NCBI GenBank assembly: GCA_016935335.1
Contig: JAFGRE010000031.1
Span: 1-57,144, forward strand
DNA length: 57,144 nt
Reading direction: 5' to 3'
Origin: Deltaproteobacteria bacterium
GTDB taxonomy: Bacteria; Desulfobacterota; WTBG01; JAGOGO01
The translations under genes were made by a program, and so were the position numbers. This document shows, one piece after another, positions 1-10,020 of the stretch (position 1 is the stretch's first letter; every line of letters starts with the position of its first letter). Below the pieces are notes generated by a model. The model was not told the origin of the DNA. It worked only from the letters and a program-made list of their open reading frames with translations, and ran no database searches.

Positions 1-199
1 GGAGTACGACTGTTGCTTTGGATCATAGATTTGATGATGATCTTCTCATTGCGGCATGGATTAGTGATTTTAAAGCACGCCATAAAATTCCCTCTCGTCC
101 GCCCCTTGCTCCGCCCGATAGCGGTGGTTGTCGACAATTGAACGACTTGATTTAGATGGAGGGCACGGGAAGCAAAATACTAACGAAGGAGGAAAGACG

Positions 200-649
200 A
201 TGATTATGGGATTGGGTCATGCCGGATTGGTGGTTAGGGACATGGACAAGATGGTCAATTTTTATCAGGATAATTTTGGATTTCAGGTGGTTTTGGATAC
301 GATGGTGGGGGGAAAGGAAGCAAATAACATAGTAAACTTTCACGTGGAGTCGGAGCGAATCGTGGTGATGCAATTCGGTGAATCGCAGATCGAACTGCTC
401 GAATATAGGCCGAGTGGGCGGGATTACCCCGACGATTATAGGAGTAATGATATCTTTGGGGTCCATATCGCACTTTTGACCAACAACATGGAACAAGATT
501 ACGAAATGCTGAAAGAGAAAGGGGTAACGATTATTTCCACCGGGCCTCAGACCATTCCCAAGGAACATCCGATTTTCGGCGGGACCAAAGTTCTTTACCT
601 GCGTGACCCGGAGGGACATCCCTTGGAACTCATTCAGATCCCGGAATAG
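200..649 (+). CDS. VOC (glyoxalase/bleomycin resistance) family protein
   Basis: GLGHAGLVVRD, QIELLEY, HIALLT and YLRDPEGHPLEL motifs. Start moved from 128 to ATG 200, which follows the AGGAGG RBS. Confidence 0.85.
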   Translation: MIMGLGHAGLVVRDMDKMVNFYQDNFGFQVVLDTMVGGKEANNIVNFHVESERIVVMQFGESQIELLEYRPSGRDYPDDYRSNDIFGVHIALLTNNMEQDYEMLKEKGVTIISTGPQTIPKEHPIFGGTKVLYLRDPEGHPLELIQIPE

Positions 650-689
650 AATAGAAAAAGGTACCGAGACAGATAAAAAGGAACTATCC

Positions 690-1322
690 ATGGCACCTTG
701 TTTTGTTAGAATAGATCCCTGCGCGCCGTCTCCGCGTTCGATCAAATCGGCGGTTGACGTCATGAGGGCTGGCGGTGTGGTCGCTTACCCCACGGAGACG
801 TTCTATGGACTGGGGGTGGATGCTCTCTCAGGAGGCGCGATACGGAAGATCTATTCAATAAAGAAGAGGGACCCATCCCAGCCTTTATTAATTCTTATAA
901 GCCATTATGATCTTCTCAGTGAGTATGTTGCCATGGTTCCTGAAATTGCCCGAAAGTTGACAGAGAGATTTTGGCCAGGACCATTGACGATTATTTTTTC
1001 AGCTTCACCGCGCATTCCTTCACTTCTGTGCGCCGGGACCGGAAAGATTGCCGTTCGAATTTCCTCTCACCCCATCGCGCGTGCGTTAGCGGCAGCAATG
1101 GATGTCCCGATTACATCGACCAGTGCCAATCTTACAGGATTGCCAAGTCCTACCATGCCGGAAGAAGTATTCAACCAGTTGCATAGTAAGATAGATATGA
1201 TTATTGACGGAGGCAAGACCATGGGGGGGATGCCTTCCACGATTGTGGATGTCACCATGTCCCCCCTCCAACTGGTCCGAGAAGGGGCCATCTCATTCAA
1301 TGAGATTTTGAAGGTTGGTTAG
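690..1322 (+). CDS. tsaC: L-threonylcarbamoyladenylate synthase (TsaC/YrdC/Sua5 N-domain)
   Basis: VAYPTETFYGLG, IKKR, FWPGPLT and STSAN motifs. ATG 690 follows AAGGA. Confidence 0.9.
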   Translation: MAPCFVRIDPCAPSPRSIKSAVDVMRAGGVVAYPTETFYGLGVDALSGGAIRKIYSIKKRDPSQPLLILISHYDLLSEYVAMVPEIARKLTERFWPGPLTIIFSASPRIPSLLCAGTGKIAVRISSHPIARALAAAMDVPITSTSANLTGLPSPTMPEEVFNQLHSKIDMIIDGGKTMGGMPSTIVDVTMSPLQLVREGAISFNEILKVG

Positions 1323-1352
1323 CTAGGCTGATTTCGCTGATGAGGAGGGGAA

Positions 1353-2465
1353 ATGGAACAGGATATTTACCGTGAACTCATGATGCACTTGGGTAAGGTA
1401 GGAATTGGATATCCCCAGATAGATGGTTTTTTGGAGGTTTTGCAAAAAACACTTACCGTGGAGGAGGCTGAAGTTGCGCTTGGTCTTCCTACACGGCTTC
1501 CGCCTCTTGAGGTTGAAGAGGCTGATAATATAGCTCAACGGCTTCAAAGGCCGACTGAAGAGATTGAAATGATGTTGCAGAGACTGGCGGGAAAGGGATT
1601 CCTGTATAAGCGACAGACTCCCTCAGGAAAGGTTGGCTATGCATTCATCCAAATTGGTTTTGGTATTCCTCAGATCTTTTTCTGGAAGGGAGAGATTACC
1701 GACGCTGTCAAGGAGATAGCACCGACTCTAGGGAAATATCTCAGAAAAACGACACCTAAGGCCAGAGGGAGTGAGCATACGCGTTTCTATCGATACGTGC
1801 CGGTTAACAAGGCGGTTGATCATGGGCTTCAAGCTGTATACACCTATGATATGATGACCGAAGTCGTCAATAAGGCGAAGAAGATCGCGGTAGTACATTG
1901 TTCTTGCCGACAAACCCGTCGATTGTTAACCAATAGCACGTGCACCCATAGCCTGGAGGTCTGCATTAAGTTCAACAAGATGGCGGAGTTTGTTCTTGAT
2001 AAAAGGCTGGGACGGGAGATAACGAAGGGGGAGGCCCTTGAGATCATCCGAAAATCTGAAGAGGAGGGCCTGATTCACTTTGTGGATAACTGCCAGGAGG
2101 AGATTCAGCATAACTGCAACTGCTGCGCCTGCTGTTGTTGGACGGTGATGCCGATCAAGAAAAGGCTGGTGCCCCGGGACTATATAATGGCGACTTACTA
2201 TCTGCGGACCACGGATGAAGACTTATGTACCGCCTGCGGGCAGTGTGCGGAAGATTGTCCGCTTGAGATCATTACCATGGAAAATGACCTGCCGGTAGTT
2301 GACGAGAGTATTTGTATCGGCTGTGGGCTATGTCTCCTTCATTGTCCCATCGATGCGGCGAAACTGAAACGTAAGGACGACAGGGTGCCGGCAAAAGATT
2401 TTGTCACGTTGCATGAAACCGCTATTCGGGAGACGATTACTCAAGAGGAACGATCCGGGGAGTGA
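1353..2465 (+). CDS. Cys-rich 4Fe-4S dicluster protein with N-terminal winged-helix-like region, copy 1
   Basis: HCSCRQ, DNCQ..NCNCCACCC and two C-terminal CxxCxxCxxxCP ferredoxin motifs. GAGGAGG RBS. Confidence 0.8.
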   Translation: MEQDIYRELMMHLGKVGIGYPQIDGFLEVLQKTLTVEEAEVALGLPTRLPPLEVEEADNIAQRLQRPTEEIEMMLQRLAGKGFLYKRQTPSGKVGYAFIQIGFGIPQIFFWKGEITDAVKEIAPTLGKYLRKTTPKARGSEHTRFYRYVPVNKAVDHGLQAVYTYDMMTEVVNKAKKIAVVHCSCRQTRRLLTNSTCTHSLEVCIKFNKMAEFVLDKRLGREITKGEALEIIRKSEEEGLIHFVDNCQEEIQHNCNCCACCCWTVMPIKKRLVPRDYIMATYYLRTTDEDLCTACGQCAEDCPLEIITMENDLPVVDESICIGCGLCLLHCPIDAAKLKRKDDRVPAKDFVTLHETAIRETITQEERSGE

Positions 2466-2501
2466 ACCATTTGCTGAAGGGCGCTTGAGTAATGGAAGAA
2501 G

Positions 2502-2790
2502 ATTCTTTTGCCTGCCGGGACGTTGAAGACGGTTTGAAAGGTGACGGGAATGCGGTATCTGTTTTTGAGAATGGTCTCTTGTGCTTCCCCTGCGAGGTCG
2601 CGTTTACTGCCGACGCAAGGGGAGGTCTCCAACCGGTTTTATGGCAAGCTGGAAATGATTATTGAGAGGGGTATAGGCCCATGGGAAAATGCTTTCCGCG
2701 AAGCTAGAGGGCTACCATGTTGCTGTTCCAGCTAATCGGGGAAGGAACTGTACACTTCAATGAGGTTTTGAAGGAGAATCGGTTGAGCTG
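2502..2790 (+). pseudogene. Decayed 3' fragment of a second tsaC copy
   Basis: Translated pieces LLPAGTLKTV*, EVSNRFYGKLEMIIERG and (shifted frame) TMLLFQLIGEGTVHFNEVLK align with intact TsaC LLCAGTGKIAVR, EVFNQLHSKIDMIIDGG and TMSPLQLVREGAISFNEILK. Confidence 0.75.
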
Positions 2791-2812
2791 ATCTGAATGA
2801 TGAGGAGGAGGA

Positions 2813-3913
2813 ATGGAACCAGATATTTACCGTGAACTCATGACGCACTTAGGGAAGGTCGGAATCGGATATCCTCAGATAGATGGGTTTTTGGATGTTT
2901 TGAAAAAAACCCTTACCGTGGAGGAGGCTGAAGTGGCGCTTGGCCTTCCTACACGGCTTCCGCCCCTTGAGGTTGAAGAAGTTGATAAAATAGCCCAGAG
3001 GCTTAAAAGGCCGATTGAAGAAGTTGAAAGAATTCTGGAGAACCTGGCGGAAAAAGGATTCCTGTATAAGCGACAGATGTCCTCCGGGAAGACCGGATAT
3101 GCATTTATCCAGATTGGTTTCGGTATTCCTCAGATTTTTTTCTGGAAACGTGAGGTCAGCGATATCGCGAAAGATATCGCACGGCCGTTAGGAAAGTATG
3201 TGGTGAAAGCAACCCCACAGAACCGGGGAACGGAAAAAGTCCGGTTTTATCGATATGTGCCGGTGAATAAAGCGATCGACCATACGTTGCAGGCGGTCTA
3301 TACTTATGACATGATGACCGAGGTAGTGAACAGGGCGCGCAAGATAGCCGTTGTCCATTGTCCCTGTCGACAGATAGGCAGGTTGTTGGCCAACCGGGAG
3401 TGTTCCCACAGTGTTGAAGTCTGCTTGAAATTTAATGAACTGGCGGAATTTGTGCTTGAGAAAGGGTTAGGCCGGGAGATAACCAAGGAGGAGGCTCTTG
3501 AGATTATTCGAAAATCCGAGGAGGAGGGATTGATTCACTTTGTGGATAATTGCCAGGAGGAGATTCAGAATTGCTGCAACTGTTGTTCCTGCTGTTGCTG
3601 GACGGTTATGCCCATCAAGAAAAGGCTGGTGCCTCGGGACTATATAATGGCGACTTACTATCTGCGGACCACCGATACAGATTTGTGTACCGGCTGCGGG
3701 CAATGCGCGGAAGACTGTCCGCTGGAAATAATCACGATGGAAGATGATCTGCCGGTCGTTGACGAAAGCATTTGCATCGGCTGTGGTGTGTGTTTGCTTC
3801 ATTGTCCCACCGATGCAGCGCAACTGAAGAAGAAAGATGATACGGAGCCGGCAAAGGATTTCCAGACGCTTCATCAGACTGCGATTCAGGAAGTCACCTC
3901 AAACGAAAAATAG
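2813..3913 (+). CDS. Cys-rich 4Fe-4S dicluster protein, copy 2 (tandem paralog)
   Basis: Colinear and highly similar to 1353..2465, with the same Cys motifs. GAGGAGGAGG RBS. Confidence 0.8.
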   Translation: MEPDIYRELMTHLGKVGIGYPQIDGFLDVLKKTLTVEEAEVALGLPTRLPPLEVEEVDKIAQRLKRPIEEVERILENLAEKGFLYKRQMSSGKTGYAFIQIGFGIPQIFFWKREVSDIAKDIARPLGKYVVKATPQNRGTEKVRFYRYVPVNKAIDHTLQAVYTYDMMTEVVNRARKIAVVHCPCRQIGRLLANRECSHSVEVCLKFNELAEFVLEKGLGREITKEEALEIIRKSEEEGLIHFVDNCQEEIQNCCNCCSCCCWTVMPIKKRLVPRDYIMATYYLRTTDTDLCTGCGQCAEDCPLEIITMEDDLPVVDESICIGCGVCLLHCPTDAAQLKKKDDTEPAKDFQTLHQTAIQEVTSNEK

Positions 3914-3945
3914 AACCTTACTATTAGCTTATCCGAGGAAAAAAC

Positions 3946-6135
3946 ATGGCGAAAAAGGTTGTTAAAGGGCTATGCGGTATCTGTCCGGGGAACTGCGGGG
4001 TAGAGATAACTCTCGAGAATGACCGTATTGCCTCCATACATCCATGGAGGGAGCATATCGAAGGCGTTCCCTGTATTCGCGGTTGCAAATCGCCGGAGAT
4101 TGTCTATTCAAAGGACCGCATAACAAACCCCCTCAAAAGAAAAGGCCCCAAAGGAACGCTTGAGTTTGAAGCAATTTCGTGGGAACAAGCGTTTGATGAA
4201 ATCGCAAAAAAGATTTTTGTCTTAAAAGGAGATTATGGGCCGGAATGTATCGCTTCATTTTTTGGCCGCGGCAACTTTGAGCAATCTTTGTGGCAAATGT
4301 TTACGCCGAAGCGGAAGGGATATGCAGTAGGGAACTCAATTTTTATGCCGTTGGGATCGCCCAATGCCTTTTCCGTGGGAAGCATCTGCTTTCACGCTTA
4401 CGGAATCTTGGCTCCTTTCGCGACCTATGGCTCGGGGATATTTCAACTTCAACCGGACCTCGAGAATGCGGAGATAATCGTTGTATGGGGCTCAAATCCG
4501 GCAACCGATTCACCCTTGCGGCGCATGATTCAACTGCAGGCCGCAAAAAAACGAGGAGCAAAAATTATAGCGATTGATCCGTTACGGACCCAGGTGGCGA
4601 AGCTCTCAGATCAATGGATTCCAATTCAACCCGGGACGGATGGTGTTCTCATTCATGGGATGCTCAATATTTGTTTCCAGAATGGTAAAATTGACAGGGA
4701 ATTTGGCGAACAGTACTGCCAGGGATTTTTCGATCTTGAAGCGTATGTGCAGCAGTTTTCTCCCGACAGAGTTGCAGAAATAACTCGAGTCCCTGAGGAT
4801 ACGGTGCGGGAGCTGACAGAGATATTTACCTCCACACAACGCATTGCCTGCATTTCATACACCGGCTTGGAATACTCGAATACGGGCGTCCAGTGTATTC
4901 GAGCTTTTCTTACCCTTTTGGCGCTGACGGGGCATTTGGATGTGAAGGGGGGGCAGCGCTTTTGTCTACCCCCGCGGATCAGGCTTAGAAGGCCGGAGGT
5001 GACGTTTCCTATAGATGTACCGCCCATTGGTATGGACAGGTATCCTTACCATTGCAGTGCAATCCAGACCGGTCAGTTCATGGAATTCCCCCGCTCGGTA
5101 CTTTATGATGATCCGTACAAAATTCGGTTTCTTCTTATCGGCGGCGCTTCAATTTTGACCAGTTTTCCCAATACGAATCTTTACCGTAAAGCCCTTGGCG
5201 CTCTTGATTACCTCGTTACTGTTGACCGGTTTTTGAACGCAGATGCCTGCTATGCGGATTTGGTGCTTCCGGCGACTACTTATTATGAAATAACGTCTTA
5301 TTGCGGTTATCCGGCCCTTGTTCCACCTTTTGCCTTGCAATACCGCGAGAAGGTAATCGAACCACTTGGGGAGGCGATGAATGACTATCTTATTTATGCC
5401 AAGCTGGCTGAACGCTTGGGATACGGTCATCTGTATCCGCAGACAGAAGAGGAGATGGTGCGATTCGTTACCCAGGATCTTCCTGTAGACTTCAGACAAT
5501 TCAAGCGCCGATCAAAAGATGGTCCGGTATCACTGCTTGATCCCTTAAGGGCGCCCACGTATGCACTGGACGGTGAAGAGAAGAAATGGAAATCGGGGGC
5601 ATTGCGCCACGATAACAAACCGGGGTTCGCAACGAAATCGGGGAAATGGGAAATTAGCTCTTCGCTGTTGAGTGGGTATGGTTATAATCCATTACCCGCC
5701 TATGAGGGAGTTGCCGAGGGCCCGGAAGCGAATCCCCTTAATACTCGATTTCCGCTTACATTGACAACGGGAACACGAATCCAGTCAACATTTCGGAGCC
5801 AGCACCTCAATATTCCCGGCCTTGTCACATTCCAACCCTCGGCTGAGGTGATTATGCACTCTGAAGACGCCCGGGCGCGTGATATTAGGACGGGGGATGA
5901 TGTGATGGTCACGACCGTCCGTGGAAGCGTGAAGTTTAGAGCGAGAGTTACGGATGATATTTTACAGGGTGTTGTAGAAGTAAATCAAGGAGGCGGGTCT
6001 CCGATTCAGGTGGAAGGCTGGAAGGAAAGCAATGTTAACTTGATTACGGATGATAAAAATCGCGATTCAATTTCAGGATTTCCTGTTTTCAAGGCGCTTC
6101 TGTGTGACATAAAAAAAGCCCCTGGGATTGGATAA
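3946..6135 (+). CDS. Molybdopterin (Mo/W-bisPGD) oxidoreductase, DMSO reductase superfamily
   Basis: N-terminal CGICPGNC...C 4Fe-4S motif, RITNPLKR, WGSNP, IDP, ADLVLPA and a C-terminal dinucleotide-binding domain (FPLTLTTG, MHSEDA). No Tat signal seen. Confidence 0.9.
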   Translation: MAKKVVKGLCGICPGNCGVEITLENDRIASIHPWREHIEGVPCIRGCKSPEIVYSKDRITNPLKRKGPKGTLEFEAISWEQAFDEIAKKIFVLKGDYGPECIASFFGRGNFEQSLWQMFTPKRKGYAVGNSIFMPLGSPNAFSVGSICFHAYGILAPFATYGSGIFQLQPDLENAEIIVVWGSNPATDSPLRRMIQLQAAKKRGAKIIAIDPLRTQVAKLSDQWIPIQPGTDGVLIHGMLNICFQNGKIDREFGEQYCQGFFDLEAYVQQFSPDRVAEITRVPEDTVRELTEIFTSTQRIACISYTGLEYSNTGVQCIRAFLTLLALTGHLDVKGGQRFCLPPRIRLRRPEVTFPIDVPPIGMDRYPYHCSAIQTGQFMEFPRSVLYDDPYKIRFLLIGGASILTSFPNTNLYRKALGALDYLVTVDRFLNADACYADLVLPATTYYEITSYCGYPALVPPFALQYREKVIEPLGEAMNDYLIYAKLAERLGYGHLYPQTEEEMVRFVTQDLPVDFRQFKRRSKDGPVSLLDPLRAPTYALDGEEKKWKSGALRHDNKPGFATKSGKWEISSSLLSGYGYNPLPAYEGVAEGPEANPLNTRFPLTLTTGTRIQSTFRSQHLNIPGLVTFQPSAEVIMHSEDARARDIRTGDDVMVTTVRGSVKFRARVTDDILQGVVEVNQGGGSPIQVEGWKESNVNLITDDKNRDSISGFPVFKALLCDIKKAPGIG

Positions 6136-6285
6136 GAAATTTAGATTCCCTGTTTTGAGACAAGAGATGGCGTATGGCGTTGAGAGGCCCCACCACATTA
6201 TACTGGAGCCAGGTAGCGCTACCTTGTCACCGACCTAGAGGTAGAGCATCTTATGGTGCGTGCAGGACGGGGCTATATGAAAGCG

Positions 6286-7866
6286 TTATTTGCCCCGTAA
6301 CAATTCCATGGCAGCCAGGTGGCCTGCCGAGGCATTCATACCGCATCCCGGCCAGGTTGATTGACCGGTGAGGTATAATCGTTTGACAGGTGTCTTATAG
6401 CGTGACCATCCGGGCACAGGTCTGAACAGGAAAAACTGATGCAAATGATGAGCCCCACCGACCATGTCACCTCCAACCAAATTGGGATCATCGTTCTCAA
6501 GATCCTGCGGTGTGTGGACGACTGCTTTTCTGATAATGTCCCTAATTTGAGGAGCATAGACCGAGATTTTATTAATGATTCGTTCATAGATCGGCTCCTT
6601 CATGGTGTCCCAGCTTCCGACCTTAATTTCATCCAATGCGTCACCTTTTATTTCCTGCGGAAATGCGCGCGCCTGAATCCACATGACGTGCTTTCCTTCC
6701 GGAGCCCTCTCCGGATCATGTATAGATTGCTGGGCCACTACCAGGAGAGGGTTGCTGGGGAGAAGGCCGTTCATGATCTGGCTGTAAGTGTTAGAGATAT
6801 CTGATACGTAGGGGGCGATATGGATATAGGCAGAATTGGTTAAGTCTTCAGCAGCTTCCCATTCCAAGGGTTTGTTCAAGGTAAGGTGGATCATCAGCGT
6901 TCCTGGGCCATACTGAAAATTTCTGCAACTGGTTACAAACTTTTCGGGAAGCTCCTTTTGGTCGACCAGTTCGATAAATTGGCGAGGAGTGACAGTGGCC
7001 AGCACTGCCTTTTTCGCATGATAAGTCTGTCCGTCCGCAGTTTTGACACCAACGGCAGCACCATTATGGGTTACGATTTCGGTCACCATGTTTCCATACA
7101 AAAGCCGGCCTCCTCCTTCTTCAATTACCTTGACCATAGCATGTATAAGGTTACCGACGCCGCCTTTGGAGATGGCAAGGCCATTAAGATGATCAGCCAC
7201 GGATTCAAGAAATGAAAAAGTTGCGCCACCAGCGCAGTCAGGACTTAACCCCAGGTGGAAGGCCCACGGAGATAAAAGAGCTTTGGCCTCTTCAGTCTGA
7301 AACCGTTCGTCAAAGAATTCTCGTGTCGGTGTCAATAAGACCTTGACGAGGTTTAGCGCATCGTTAAAGCCGAGCTGTCGATATATTTTCCAGAAGTGAA
7401 GGAGCATCTTCACCGAAGGGATGGGTAGCTGCAGGATGGGAAACATATACGGTGCGATTGTACTAAAATAGGCTACCATTTCGTTCCATGCCTGCCCGTC
7501 CCGCGATGCAAACCGTGCGAGTTCTTGGTACGCTTTCTCCGCGTCGGTATACATACGGATGCAGTTGCCGTTGGGAAAGACATTCGCAAATGGCTGGTTG
7601 ATCGCTACAATGTCGAATCCGCTTCGGCGAAATGCGTCTTGAAAATCAGCATACACGCGAGATCCCAAAAACTGGCCGATGTTGGTGGCATAGAGATCGT
7701 GCTTAAATCCGGGTTCAAGGAGTTCTGCCGTCTTAGATGCGCCTCCGGGGACCTCTGCCTTCTCGATAATAAGTACTTTGTGTCCGGCTTTTTGAATATA
7801 TAGGGCTGCAGTCAAGCTGTTATGTCCTGCACCGACAATGATCACATCCGCATCATAATCTGCCAT
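6286..7866 (-). CDS. NAD(P)/FAD-dependent oxidoreductase, phytoene dehydrogenase-like
   Basis: IVGAGHNSL Rossmann motif, GG..T.E..PGFKHD and YKTPVKRLYLTGQSTWPG. Confidence 0.85.
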   Translation of the reverse strand: MADYDADVIIVGAGHNSLTAALYIQKAGHKVLIIEKAEVPGGASKTAELLEPGFKHDLYATNIGQFLGSRVYADFQDAFRRSGFDIVAINQPFANVFPNGNCIRMYTDAEKAYQELARFASRDGQAWNEMVAYFSTIAPYMFPILQLPIPSVKMLLHFWKIYRQLGFNDALNLVKVLLTPTREFFDERFQTEEAKALLSPWAFHLGLSPDCAGGATFSFLESVADHLNGLAISKGGVGNLIHAMVKVIEEGGGRLLYGNMVTEIVTHNGAAVGVKTADGQTYHAKKAVLATVTPRQFIELVDQKELPEKFVTSCRNFQYGPGTLMIHLTLNKPLEWEAAEDLTNSAYIHIAPYVSDISNTYSQIMNGLLPSNPLLVVAQQSIHDPERAPEGKHVMWIQARAFPQEIKGDALDEIKVGSWDTMKEPIYERIINKISVYAPQIRDIIRKAVVHTPQDLENDDPNLVGGDMVGGAHHLHQFFLFRPVPGWSRYKTPVKRLYLTGQSTWPGCGMNASAGHLAAMELLRGK

Positions 7867-8327
7867 GAGACCCCTCCTCTGTCTTACGTGAGTTCATTAG
7901 TGGTTAAAGAAATTCAACACCATATCTACCTTCTTATCTCCTGGCCTTTCCTTGGTGCAAACACACGGCAGTTAACGATCTATTATTAGTCCAAGGTGCT
8001 ATACAATGCAACATTTTTCACATCTCATCAGCATGAGAAGTATGATGCAGGTGCTTCACCTGTTCTCCCTTTGAATTCGAGAAGAGTGATTCCGACGTAC
8101 ATCCCATTTTCTTGGTCATGTCAACCATTTGATTTTTACAATCATTCGCCGTATCATTAAAAAACTCGTCACGAATGTCTTTGGTAATGACACTGTGGAA
8201 CCAGTACGTTCTATTGTATCCTCTTTTCTCTTACCATCAAGGCAACAGGCTTGGCTATATCATTACGGCTTAATGGAAACGGAGGAGATGGGAACTAGAA
8301 TCCATTTAATTTATTGAGGGAGATGTC

Positions 8328-8717
8328 ATGAAAAAAACTCAAATTAATCCTTGGACGTGGCAGGATCAGTACGGGTTTTCTCAAGCCTGGAGAGTCGAAG
8401 GCGGCCAATCGGTCATTTTCGTTTCCGGCCAATCGAGTATTTCAGCGGACGGGGTTGTAATGCATGGGGATAATTTTGAAGCCCAGGTTCGGCTGAGTTT
8501 TGAGAACCTGCATGCGATCCTTCAACAAGCGGGTGCAAGTTTTGATGATGTAGTGAAACTAGTGGTTTATCTTGTGGATATCTCAAAATTACCGATTTAC
8601 GGTGCGGCGCAGGCGGAATTCTTTAAAGGGAAAATGCCGGCTCAGACTGTTGTGCAAGTTAGCGCGTTAGCACTTCCGGGAATGATGGTTGAGGTGGAAG
8701 CGATTGCCGTCCTATGA
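8328..8717 (+). CDS. Rid (RidA/YjgF) family protein
   Basis: FSQA, FVSGQ, DDVVKLVVYLVD and PAQTVVQVSALALPGMMVEVEAIA. Confidence 0.88.
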   Translation: MKKTQINPWTWQDQYGFSQAWRVEGGQSVIFVSGQSSISADGVVMHGDNFEAQVRLSFENLHAILQQAGASFDDVVKLVVYLVDISKLPIYGAAQAEFFKGKMPAQTVVQVSALALPGMMVEVEAIAVL

Positions 8718-8784
8718 TTTAAGCTGATAAATAATGGGTTTTTTTGTTAGCATTATTAGCAATTAAAAGAGGAGGGATTATCAA

Positions 8785-10002
8785 GTGAGTACTGAAGCGG
8801 AGAGATATCCAAGTTATAGGTGGATAGTTTTAGGATTGGCTTGGCTTGTGCTTACTCTTTTGGTGTGGTCGTGGTTTTTAATCCCTTCATTGGCGTTCCG
8901 GCTTTTTCCTGAATTTGGTTTGACACATGCCCAATTCACGCTGATACTCACTGCGCCGTTTCTCATCGGCATATTCACCCCCCTTTGGGGAGGAGCGTTG
9001 GGCGATCGGTTTGGCATTCGACTGATAGTGGCGGTTGCTGCGTTGCTTGCCTCAATAAGCGGTATCGCAAGAACGTTTACGCCATCTTTTATGGGCATGT
9101 TTGTTCTTATGTCTCTATTCGGCATCGGCTACGGAGTCATTATGCCTAATCTCCCCAAGCTTGTTGGGATTTGGTTCCCGCCACGGCAAGCCGGGCTTGC
9201 CTCAGGAATTTATTTTTCCGGACTTAATATTGGCGCTGCTCTTGGTTTGCTCACGGGACCTCTCTTCGGAGGATGGAAACCGGCGTTTCTCACTATCGGC
9301 ATCCTAATGCTTGCCGCAGCTTTTTTGTGGGCGCTTTTCGCACGAGATGTTCCTCAGGGGGTGCACATCCAAATGCCCCCTTTGGTCACCGGTATAAAAC
9401 GGGGAATAAAAAGTAAAAACGTCTGGCTGATAGCACTGGCGCAGTTCCTGTATTTGGGAGCGTTTGTCGGTTTTTCCGGGAACTTTCCGTCTGCCCTTGA
9501 AAACGTGCATCATGTAAGTCCCAAAACGGCTGGCGCCATCGCTTCACTGCTTACGTGGGGACTCGTGATCGGCAATTTTTTTCTCCCCATGTTTTCCGAC
9601 CGCATAGGAATCAGAAAGCCCTTCGTACATTTCGGCGCAGCTGTGTCGGCACTGTGCTTATTCTTCGCGTGGTATTTTTCGCCGGGAGGTGCTACGGGGA
9701 TTCTTATTTTTATCGGCGGGGTTATCTTCGGGAGCATCCAGCCGGTATTGTTTGCCATTTTGGTGGAGCTTCCAGAGATCGGCCCGGAGTGTATGGGGGG
9801 CGCTTCCGGCATCGTAGCCACATTGTTGAATGCGGGAGGATTTTTTGTGCCGCTCGTGGTGACATCCCCTCTCGTGGCTGCCGGAACATTGGGCGCCTAT
9901 ACGACCGGTTTTTTAGTTACCGCAATGATTTTGGGTGGGATTATCATTCTGACACTCTTCCTGATGGAGACTGGTGCGAAGGCAACGACCGGGAAGAAGT
10001 GA
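8785..10002 (+). CDS. MFS transporter
   Basis: About 12 hydrophobic segments, motif A GALGDRFGIR and its repeat SDRIGIRK. GTG start after GGAGG. Confidence 0.9.
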   Translation: MSTEAERYPSYRWIVLGLAWLVLTLLVWSWFLIPSLAFRLFPEFGLTHAQFTLILTAPFLIGIFTPLWGGALGDRFGIRLIVAVAALLASISGIARTFTPSFMGMFVLMSLFGIGYGVIMPNLPKLVGIWFPPRQAGLASGIYFSGLNIGAALGLLTGPLFGGWKPAFLTIGILMLAAAFLWALFARDVPQGVHIQMPPLVTGIKRGIKSKNVWLIALAQFLYLGAFVGFSGNFPSALENVHHVSPKTAGAIASLLTWGLVIGNFFLPMFSDRIGIRKPFVHFGAAVSALCLFFAWYFSPGGATGILIFIGGVIFGSIQPVLFAILVELPEIGPECMGGASGIVATLLNAGGFFVPLVVTSPLVAAGTLGAYTTGFLVTAMILGGIIILTLFLMETGAKATTGKK

Positions 10003-10020
10003 AAGTGTTTTGCCAGAGGA

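Noticed and set aside
3-155. Open frame at the window edge (STTVALDHRF...LNDLI*)
   Set aside because: Possibly the tail of an upstream gene, but too short and has no recognisable motif.
2541-2735. 64-aa ORF ending in CCCSS
   Set aside because: Explained as part of the decayed tsaC copy; the Cys run is out of frame.
3946-6135. Acetylene hydratase, formate dehydrogenase or selenoprotein call
   Set aside because: No Asp next to the cluster Cys, no FDH active-site motif and no in-frame TGA.
6211-6224. Perfect 14-bp palindrome AGGTAGCGCTACCT
   Set aside because: Single copy between convergent genes with no other support; probably terminator-related or chance.
8129-8317. 62-aa ORF in the divergent promoter region
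   Set aside because: TTG start, no RBS and no motifs.
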